Origin: Candidatus Hadarchaeota archaeon
GTDB taxonomy: Archaea > CAYQAE01 > CAYVLA01
Reading direction: 5' to 3'
DNA: 41,353 bases
Assembly (NCBI GenBank): GCA_964452145.1
Contig: CAYVLA010000017.1
Location: 1 to 41,353 of the forward strand
Below the pieces are notes generated by a model. It ran no database searches. It was not told the DNA's origin and worked only from the letters and a program-made list of their open reading frames with translations. Shown here one piece after another: positions 29,728-41,353 of this stretch (its first letter is position 1; every line of letters begins with the position of its first letter). The translations under genes were made by a program, and so were the position numbers.

Positions 29728-31285
29728 GCCTGTACCCTTGCCTCCGGTAGTATTCTCGGGCCCCGACGCCGCTGGTCACGTCAAGGCGCCGCCCGCCGGC
29801 ATCTCTCGCAATCTCCTCGGCACGCGCGAGCAGGGACTTGCCCATGCCTCTGTGCTGCCACTCGGTCGATGATGGCCTTCCACCCACTCTGACCGACCTT
29901 CCGTACGTGTGAAGCTCCCTGACCCGGCATGGGAAATCTGGACTGATGCTGAGTCGAAGGAAAGCTGCGATGACGTCGAGGTCGCCATCCTCAAATGAAA
30001 GAAAGACCTCCTGGCTTCCCGAAGCGTCGTACCTCCGTTCGACCAGGGCGAGGTTGGGGTCGACCCCCTCCGGCTGTCTGGAGACCTCCCTGCATCTGAT
30101 GCATCTGCAGGGCCTTCCCCGGTCCCGGAGAATCGCCTGAACCCTCATACGTATGTCCGATCGTCTCGGTCCCGCCGCAATAATGCCGGAGGGAATATCC
30201 CTCATCACGCGTTTGATCCTCATCCATGGAGGCACCATGGACTTGACCTCCAAGAGCGTCCTGATGAGGCGTTCTTCCCGCAGCTCGTCATAGTCGCCCG
30301 CCCGCCACAGTTGATGAAGCCCCGTCCCGGGAATGACCAACGTGGGGTAGATCTTCAGCTCGTCGGGTCTGAAGCGGGAGTCCTCGAATAGTGTTCTGAA
30401 AGATCTCAGATCCTCCTCTTCATCTGAGCCCGGAAGGCCAACCATCATGTGCGCGCAGATCTTGAGCCCCGCCGTCCGTAGGGCTCTGAAGGCGTCCTCG
30501 ACCTGCGACACCGCATGCCCCCTCCCGGTGACCTGGTGGACACGGTCGGAAAGCGTCTGCACGCCGATCTCGACCCGGGTGGCGCCCATGTTCAGCATCT
30601 CTTCAACATGGGTCGGGCTGCACCAATCCGGCCTGGTCTCGAACGTCACCCCGATCGGGCGGGCTGACGCCCGCTCGGAGGCCTTCATTGCCCGACCGAG
30701 GGATCGCGGAGAGAACCCGGAACGCCGGGAACCGATCATGCCGTCCAAGCACCTGGCCACGAACCACCTGCGGTACTCCAGATCCATCGCGGGAAACGTA
30801 GCCCCCTGAACGATGAGTTCGACCTTGGATGTGGAGTGCCCCATTGCGCCCATCTGTCTGATGCGAGTCACCACCTGTTGGTACGGATCGAAGCGGCACT
30901 GGAATGCCCTCATCGAGGCGGGCTCCCGGCCGGTGTAGCTCTTGGGCGCCGACGGGAAGTCGGGACAATAGATGCATCGGCCCGGACATGACTGGACGGG
31001 GGATGTCTGAACGGTTACGGTCGCCACTCCCGATGCAGTCCGGGTGGGTTTCTTGATCAGCAGGTCCCTCACCAGATTCCTCTCATCGGGCGAGGCCTGA
31101 GCGAGAATGAAGGAGGAGGACGGAACACGGGAAAGGCCCAGCTCCTTTGCCAGCCGGCTCTTGCCGAGATTCAGCCCTTGGCGGTCCACTATCCTGCCGG
31201 TCAGTATCTCCTGGATGATCGCCCTTGCGAGGGTCTCAGGTCCCAAGCGGGCAAAGGGATACAGCGGCGATATTAAATGGTCCAT
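29696..31285 (-). CDS. elp3: Elp3 tRNA U34 carboxymethyl synthase (radical SAM + KAT)
   Basis: KPTRTASGVA, CPGRCIYCP, KSYTG.EP, ETRPD, ELKIYPTLV, RELH.YG, QHRG.G, SGVGAREYY. Confidence 0.95.
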   Translation of the reverse strand: MDHLISPLYPFARLGPETLARAIIQEILTGRIVDRQGLNLGKSRLAKELGLSRVPSSSFILAQASPDERNLVRDLLIKKPTRTASGVATVTVQTSPVQSCPGRCIYCPDFPSAPKSYTGREPASMRAFQCRFDPYQQVVTRIRQMGAMGHSTSKVELIVQGATFPAMDLEYRRWFVARCLDGMIGSRRSGFSPRSLGRAMKASERASARPIGVTFETRPDWCSPTHVEEMLNMGATRVEIGVQTLSDRVHQVTGRGHAVSQVEDAFRALRTAGLKICAHMMVGLPGSDEEEDLRSFRTLFEDSRFRPDELKIYPTLVIPGTGLHQLWRAGDYDELREERLIRTLLEVKSMVPPWMRIKRVMRDIPSGIIAAGPRRSDIRMRVQAILRDRGRPCRCIRCREVSRQPEGVDPNLALVERRYDASGSQEVFLSFEDGDLDVIAAFLRLSISPDFPCRVRELHTYGRSVRVGGRPSSTEWQHRGMGKSLLARAEEIARDAGGRRLDVTSGVGAREYYRRQGYRLRDSYMSKAL

Positions 31286-31330
31286 CCGCCGGCCTTCGCG
31301 AGGAATTTGGGATGGACGGCGGAGGAGGCC

Positions 31331-31346
31331 CGAAAATATTTATTAG
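31331..31346 (+). promoter_or_regulatory. BRE/TATA promoter of tRNA-Asp
   Basis: CGAAAATATTTATTAG about 30 nt upstream of the tRNA 5' end in GC-rich context. Confidence 0.65.
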
Positions 31347-31374
31347 ATCGGCTCCGGGCCATGGCTCGTCTTCT

Positions 31375-31498
31375 GCCCCGGTGGTGTAGTGGCCCATTCC
31401 CCTGGAGGGAGGCCAATCATCTGGGACTGTCACTCCCAGGACCCGGGTTCAAATCTCGGCCGGGTGGGAGCAAGAATGGCCTTGTTCCCCGGTAAGCG
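31375..31498 (+). tRNA. tRNA-Asp(GTC) with two BHB introns: 31397-31416 (21/22) and 31465-31495 (70/71)
   Basis: Spliced product GCCCCGG TG GTGTAGTGGCCCATCAT C TGGGA CT GTC AC TCCCA GGAC CCGGG TTCAAAT CTCGG CCGGGGC G is a complete cloverleaf with discriminator G73. Confidence 0.9.
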
Positions 31499-31551
31499 TT
31501 CAGGACCCGGGATCCTGGGGAGGTTCCCCGGCACCCCGCGGAAGACTAGGT

Positions 31552-31564
31552 AAGATTTTTAAGG
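31552..31564 (+). promoter_or_regulatory. Probable rRNA operon promoter (BRE/TATA)
   Basis: AAGATTTTTAAGG about 210 nt upstream of 16S, ahead of a structured leader. Confidence 0.55.
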
Positions 31565-31772
31565 GTGATCGGGGCAATTATGCTGTTAGATCCTAGCCAA
31601 CGGAATCATGGCGCTTCAATCGGCGTCGGTCCGGAGGGCGGCAAACAGCCTCACGTTGATGGGCCGAATCCGCGCCATGATGCAGGGATGAGGACCTGAG
31701 TTCCGAGCGCGATTGCGCTCTTCGGGTTCGATGCGGATTTCGGCCCCCTGGCAATGGGCACTTGCGATCCAT

Positions 31773-33302
<1,530 letters not shown>

Positions 33303-33373
33303 TAATGGTCCAGCCCAACCCCGCGGCGGAGCCAATTCCGCCGCCAAAAGGGAGCCGAAATCCGTTCATGCGC

Positions 33374-33446
33374 GGGCCGGTAGCTCAGTTGGTAGAGCAC
33401 GGCCTTTGCGAGGCTGAGGCCCCGGGTTCAAATCCCGGCCGGTCCA
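33374..33446 (+). tRNA. tRNA-Ala(TGC) in the 16S-23S spacer
   Basis: GGGCCGG TA GCTC AGTTGGTA GAGC A CGGCC TT TGC GA GGCTG AGGCC CCGGG TTCAAAT CCCGG CCGGTCC A; G3.U70. Confidence 0.96.
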
Positions 33447-33550
33447 TCCGGCCCGCGTACCAGGTGCAGCTCGGGAGGAATCATGCCCTCGGGCATGGGC
33501 TCACGAGCAAAGAACTTATCGCCTCTACCGTTGGAGGCCGGTAAGACCAT

Positions 33551-36671
<3,121 letters not shown>

Positions 36672-36934
36672 GTGGACCGTTTGATGGCCGCACCGGAGCC
36701 GAGCCGAGCGGCCGCCCCATCTCCTGTCTAGACATACGTGAACGGGCCAACGATTCTGCGTCGGGTGCACAAAGCCCGAGCTGAGCAGATGCCTGGGATG
36801 AAGCTGTGTTGTTGGCGCGGGCCTGGGCCCATCCGCCTCGCTTGACTCCGTCCCTCGCCCCAGCCGTGGGGCGGGGCGGTTCACGGCGCGACCCTGTGTG
36901 TATGAGTACCGTGGGAACGATCCGATCCTCACGT

Positions 36935-37284
36935 GGTCGGGTGGGAGGAGTAAGCCCCCTTCTGTTACCCGGCCGCGGTCGCCCGCGGACGGCTTGCGGC
37001 ATTCGACTATGCGCCGTACCTGGGCCTTCGTCCGGCCCTCACCGGCCCCGTTTCGGCTTGCTCCTGCGAAGATTCGCCGTTCCATCGAATCCGCCGTCGT
37101 CGTCCGGGGCGTTTCCCCGGTCGCCCGGGGATCTTTCCCCATCATCCCCACATGGCGGCGGCCGTGTCGTTTCTGGTCCAGAGCTCGGGATCTCTCCCGG
37201 TGGGTTCTCCCACTCGCATCTCCGGAGGGAGGGGGGACTTTCCTCGGTGCCAAGGGCCCGATGGCCGCTCTCTCCCTCCCGACC
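36935..37284 (-). ncRNA. rnpB: RNase P RNA (archaeal type A-like)
   Basis: Minus strand has GAGGAAAGTCCCCCC near the 5' end and AACAGAAGGGGGCTTAC near the 3' end (P4), P1 GGTCGGG/CCCGACC, GGAGCAAG and AGTCGAATG motifs. Confidence 0.92.
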
Positions 37285-37308
37285 GGCCGATCATGGGCAT
37301 GAAGGTTC

Positions 37309-38673
37309 TTATCTCTTCCTCTTCTGACGGTTTCCTTCCCCGTGTCGGGGCCTAAGCTTGGCCAGGCAGGCTTGGACGTGCGCCGGGAGGCCTTCCGCCT
37401 CGCCCAACGCCTCAACGATCCGGCAGACGCCGGGTAGGGCTTCGGGGTCCAGCCTGCCGAGTGTTGTGGACTTGATGTAATCACGGGCCGTCACGCCCGA
37501 GAAGCTTCTGGCCGATCCGCCGGTGGGCAGGACGGCGGTGATCCCCATGGCATAATTGGCGGCCGAAAACGGCGTGGACTGTCCCAAGAGGATCTCCCCG
37601 GCGTTTCGGATCCCGGCAAGCATTCTGACACACTTCCTTCTGCCGAGGGCGATCTGGAGGTGCTCGGGGGCGTATTCGTTGATGAAATCCGTCGCCTCCC
37701 CTTCGGAGCCGACGAGGACGACCATCCCCTTGCCGGCGAGGGCAGTTCGGACGTAGTCCCTCCTTGGCTCGACAAGCCCATCAACCGCCCGATCCAAGGC
37801 CTCCCTCGCCCTTTCGGCTAACGTGGGCGAGTTCGTGACCAGGACGGCCGAGGAATCGGGGCCATGCTCGCACTCGTTAAGCAGATCCAGCGCAACCTGA
37901 GCCGGATCCGAGGAGTCATCCGCCAGAATCATGCACTCGCTGGGGCCCTGAGGAGGACCCGTCCGGATCCCGTAGATGCCAACGTAGCCCTGCGCCGCCA
38001 TGACGGCGGGCGGGCCGGGGCCGTATATGGCCTCCACACGCGGGACGGACCGTGTCCCGAAGGCCATCGCGCCGATCAGTGCGACCCCGTTTCCCCGCAC
38101 CACCTCCGATACCCCGGCCATCTCGGCTGCCACCAGCGTCACGGGGTCGACCCTTCCATCGGGAAGAGGGGGAGTCGAGGCGACGATTCGTTTGACCCCG
38201 GCCGTTGTGGCCGGCACGGCAAGCATCAGCATCGTGGAGGCCAGGGGAGCCTTCCGACAGGGAACCCAGAGCCCCGCGGCGGATAGAGGCGTGAACTTCT
38301 CCCCCACGGCGATGCCCGGCGCGATCTCCTTCAGGGAGGGGCCCGCCTTGGGCAGAAGCCGCCGGTTGAAGATCGCTATCCTGTCCCTTGCCTTGCGAAG
38401 TGCCCGGAGAGCCTTCTCCGGGATCTCCTTCCTGGCCTCCTCCACCTCGGATTCTTCGACCCGCACCGAGGCCGGCCTCACCGAGTCCCATCTCTCCGTG
38501 GCGTCAAGGATGGCCTCATCCCCCCTCTGCCGCACGTCCTCTACGATCCCGGCGACCTGCCGCACCAGATCGGGACCTATCTGGAGCGAGCGGCGTGCCA
38601 TCCTCTCCTCGATCTCCCGCCGGTCTTCGCCATAGGCGAGGACCCGGATCAGGCCTGCCACCGCGAAGCTCAC
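37309..38673 (-). CDS. hisD: Histidinol dehydrogenase-like protein (divergent paralogue)
   Basis: GPG, GPSE, EH, YAPEHL, NAG.I.LG, VLPTGG.AR..SG, EGL.AH; several canonical residues altered. Confidence 0.8.
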   Translation of the reverse strand: MSFAVAGLIRVLAYGEDRREIEERMARRSLQIGPDLVRQVAGIVEDVRQRGDEAILDATERWDSVRPASVRVEESEVEEARKEIPEKALRALRKARDRIAIFNRRLLPKAGPSLKEIAPGIAVGEKFTPLSAAGLWVPCRKAPLASTMLMLAVPATTAGVKRIVASTPPLPDGRVDPVTLVAAEMAGVSEVVRGNGVALIGAMAFGTRSVPRVEAIYGPGPPAVMAAQGYVGIYGIRTGPPQGPSECMILADDSSDPAQVALDLLNECEHGPDSSAVLVTNSPTLAERAREALDRAVDGLVEPRRDYVRTALAGKGMVVLVGSEGEATDFINEYAPEHLQIALGRRKCVRMLAGIRNAGEILLGQSTPFSAANYAMGITAVLPTGGSARSFSGVTARDYIKSTTLGRLDPEALPGVCRIVEALGEAEGLPAHVQACLAKLRPRHGEGNRQKRKR

Positions 38674-38688
38674 ATCCCTTCCAAGTCT

Positions 38689-39651
38689 CTACGCCCACCA
38701 CATGGCCCCGGCCTTCTGGGCGATCACAGCCTCTTTGAGGGCCGAAAAGGCCTTCCTGAAGCCCTCCTCAGGCGACATCAGGCTGTCCTCGTGCTCGATG
38801 CTGAGGACGTAGTCGTAGCCCACCATCTTCAGCTCGCTGACGAACCTCTTCCACCAGTCCACGGAGTGGCCGTAGCCAACCGTTCTGAATATCCAGGAGC
38901 GCTCGATCTCATTGCCGTAGGGCTTGATGTCCAGGACGCCGTTGACCTCGGCGTTGACGGGATCGATGGCGGTGTCCTTGGCGTGGACGTGGAAGATGGC
39001 CTTGCCGAGCTTCCTGACGGCCCTAAGAGGATCGATCCCTTGCCAGAAGAGGTGGCTGGGATCGAAGTTGGCCCCGATCACTCTGCCAACCTCCTTGCGA
39101 AGCTTCAGCAGGGTTTCGGTGTTGTAGACTACGAAGCCGGGGTGCATTTCGAAGCAGAGCTTGACCCCATGGTCTTCGGCGAATTCGCCCGCCTTGTTCC
39201 AGTATGGTATGACCTTCTCCTTCCACTGCCACTCAGCGATCTTGGAGAAGTCATCCGGCCAGGGGCAGGTCACCCAGTTGGGGTACTTCGCCCCCTCCGA
39301 GTCCCCCGGGCATCCCGAGAAGCCTATCACCCGGTCGACCCCGAGCTTTTCGGCCAGGAGCACCGTCTGCTCGAAGACCTCGTGGTGGGCTCTTGCCATG
39401 GAGTCCTGGGGATGCAGGGGGTTGCCGTGGCAGCTCAGGCCGCTGATCATCATGCCCCTGTCCTTGACGGATTTCACCAGGGCCTTGGCCTGACCGTCGT
39501 CGGCAAGCAGTTTCGCAGGGTCGCAGTGGGCGTTGCCGGGGTAGTTCCCCGTTCCGAGCTCGACAGCCTCGGCCCCAACGCCCTTAACATAGTCCAGGGC
39601 CTTCTCCAACGGCATCTGTTGGAAGAGGACCGTGAGGACTCCGATCTTCAC
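38689..39651 (-). CDS. Sugar phosphate isomerase/epimerase (xylose-isomerase-like TIM barrel, IolE/MocC-like)
   Basis: CHGNPLHP, FEMHPG, NFDPSHL.WQG.D, HVHAKD, SIEHED; GTG 39651 with a purine-rich RBS and upstream TATA. Confidence 0.9.
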   Translation of the reverse strand: MKIGVLTVLFQQMPLEKALDYVKGVGAEAVELGTGNYPGNAHCDPAKLLADDGQAKALVKSVKDRGMMISGLSCHGNPLHPQDSMARAHHEVFEQTVLLAEKLGVDRVIGFSGCPGDSEGAKYPNWVTCPWPDDFSKIAEWQWKEKVIPYWNKAGEFAEDHGVKLCFEMHPGFVVYNTETLLKLRKEVGRVIGANFDPSHLFWQGIDPLRAVRKLGKAIFHVHAKDTAIDPVNAEVNGVLDIKPYGNEIERSWIFRTVGYGHSVDWWKRFVSELKMVGYDYVLSIEHEDSLMSPEEGFRKAFSALKEAVIAQKAGAMWWA

Positions 39652-40021
39652 CTTTCCTTCCTCCTCTCTCCCTTGAGAGCTGGTTGCTTGGCGGGACAAG
39701 TTCAATATATCTTTTTTGCCGAACGCCGAACTCCTCCTCCGAGCCAATCGAGTCAAGCGGTCGGCAGTTAGCAATGCGAATGGAGGTTGGCGATCTGAAG
39801 CCCAGCCATGTTCCTGGTGGATCCTCGAGATGCTCCAAGCCGGTGTTTCGCTGATCGCATCCACCTTTGCTGGCCCAAATCAGACCCGACGATATCGGAC
39901 GCGCCGCGTCAACTGAAAGCCGACCTCCCAGCGATTCGATGGGGGTTCGCTGCGTTCCTCTCTGGTTAGCGTTGCTACTCCTCCGGTAAGGATTATCAGC
40001 TCGGGCGGAGCCCCGTGAACC

Positions 40022-41065
40022 ATGCTGGCTGCCTTTTCGGGAGGTGGAAGGATCATGCTCAGGGAGGTTGACACGCCCAGACCCGGTCCGAGTGATGCCC
40101 TGATCAGGATCGAGGCGGTGGGCATCTGCGAGACGGACGTTCATATGACCCTTCACCCAGCCTCCCACGCCGAGACCCCGAGAATCATGGGGCACGAGTG
40201 GTCGGGGACGCTGGAACAGGCCCCGACGTGGTCAAGCCTCCGGGAGGGATCCAGGGTTGTGGGCGAGGGAATGGTGGGTTGTGGTACCTGCCGCATGTGC
40301 AGGGTGGGGCGGACCAACCTCTGCGTGAGCTACCGGGAGATCGGCTTCAGCCTCCCCGGGGCATACGCCGAGTACCTCGTCCTGCCGGCTGCCAATCTGC
40401 ACGGGCTTCCCGCATCCATGTCCTTCGAGGAGGGGGCGATGGTGGAGCCGACTGCCGTGGCCCTTCACGCCGTGGATATGTCGGGGATGACCGCGGGTGA
40501 CCGCGTGGCCGTACTTGGGCCGGGCCCCATCGGCCTGCTCTGCGTCCAGATCGTCCGCGCCCTTGGCGCGGGCCGCGTCGTCCTAACCGGCACCAGGGAC
40601 GACCGCCTGGCCGTCGGCCTGGGCCTCGGAGCGGACCGGGCGATCAACGTCAGGGAAGTCGAACCCGTGGCCGAGATCCTGCGGGACATCCCCGGCGGCC
40701 CGGAGGTGGTCATGGACGCGGCCGGAACAGCTGCCTCATTTGATCAGGCCACGAGGTCGGTTGGCAAGGGAGGCACGGTGGTCCTGATCGGGGGCTGGGA
40801 GCAGGTCACATGGAGTCCGGGCATGCTGATCGGCAAGGAGATCGTGCTCAAGGGCTCGCTGGCAAGCCCCGGAACCTGGCCGCGAGCCATGGAACTGGTG
40901 GGGGGCGGGAAGGTCAAGGTCCTGCCGCTGGTCACCCACAGGTTCGACCTGTCACGCATCGCTGAGGCCTTCCACCTGGTGGATCGCCGCGAGAACGTGG
41001 TGAAGGCCGTACTGCTCCCTAGAGCACCCGTATCTTGTGTCTCCTCGCCAGCTTGGGGAGCCTGA
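40022..41065 (+). CDS. Zinc-dependent alcohol/polyol dehydrogenase (MDR family)
   Basis: GICETD, GHE, CGTCRMC...C, GPGPIG. Confidence 0.92.
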   Translation: MLAAFSGGGRIMLREVDTPRPGPSDALIRIEAVGICETDVHMTLHPASHAETPRIMGHEWSGTLEQAPTWSSLREGSRVVGEGMVGCGTCRMCRVGRTNLCVSYREIGFSLPGAYAEYLVLPAANLHGLPASMSFEEGAMVEPTAVALHAVDMSGMTAGDRVAVLGPGPIGLLCVQIVRALGAGRVVLTGTRDDRLAVGLGLGADRAINVREVEPVAEILRDIPGGPEVVMDAAGTAASFDQATRSVGKGGTVVLIGGWEQVTWSPGMLIGKEIVLKGSLASPGTWPRAMELVGGGKVKVLPLVTHRFDLSRIAEAFHLVDRRENVVKAVLLPRAPVSCVSSPAWGA

Positions 41066-41353
41066 GGGTCAGCAGGCCGCCCTTGAAATCGGCCTGTGCC
41101 CTTTCCGGATCGACCGGCGAGGGAAGGGTCACGGTCTTTCGGTAGCACTCAAAGCATGCATTCCTCTGCACCGTGCCCCATCTCCCGAAGGTTATCGGGT
41201 TCTGCATCCGGGCCCTCAGCTGGACCGAATTCTCGGTGCATTCGACCTCCAGGTCCTTCTTGTCCCTAACGCCCGGCAGATCGACGGTGAGGATGAAGTC
41301 CGAATCGGACTCCTCCAGATGCCACAGGGGCTCCAGGGCCTTGCGGGCCAGAT
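41019..41353 (-). CDS. Hsp20/alpha-crystallin small heat shock protein (5' truncated by window)
   Basis: EPLWHLEE....ILTVDLPGV..KDLEV...LPSPVDPERAQADFKGGLLTLRLPK. Confidence 0.85.
   Translation of the reverse strand, partial: LARKALEPLWHLEESDSDFILTVDLPGVRDKKDLEVECTENSVQLRARMQNPITFGRWGTVQRNACFECYRKTVTLPSPVDPERAQADFKGGLLTLRLPKLARRHKIRVL

Noticed and set aside
31460..31467. tRNA-Asp as a pseudogene or integration-damaged tRNA ending CCGGGTGG
   Set aside because: A strict BHB with standard cut sites restores a perfect acceptor stem and G73, and the promoter and other arms are intact; no integrase is nearby
36700..36930. Possible 5S rRNA downstream of 23S
   Set aside because: No 5S conserved motifs on either strand
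38791..39771. 326-aa plus-strand ORF
   Set aside because: Antisense shadow of the sugar epimerase

Overview
A GC-rich archaeal chromosomal segment made mostly of core genes. It holds a K+/H+ antiporter, a MacB/LolCDE-type ABC pair, larC, cdc48, a PRC-barrel protein, an ino1-like gene, a riboflavin/FO cluster (ribB-ribC-ribH-amidohydrolase-arfC-arfB-cofG-cofH), archaeal lipid genes (GGGP and DGGGP synthases), a stand-alone mtrH-like gene, Sec61beta, ccdA, UDG and elp3. It also has a complete 16S-tRNA(Ala)-23S operon with BHB processing stems, RNase P RNA, a divergent hisD-like gene and sugar catabolism genes. The most striking signal is in the RNA genes. tRNA-Asp(GTC) at 31375-31498 carries two bulge-helix-bulge (BHB) introns. 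One is at 21/22. The other sits inside the 3' strand of the acceptor stem (70/71), a position I do not know from described archaeal tRNA introns, and leaves a 3-nt last exon. The 16S gene contains a 49-nt hairpin BHB intron at E. coli position 908, tRNA-Gly(CCC) has a 14-nt intron, and the 23S peptidyl-transferase centre shows several substitutions at near-universal positions. No CRISPR array or intact mobile element was seen. All calls come from manual reading; no searches were run.
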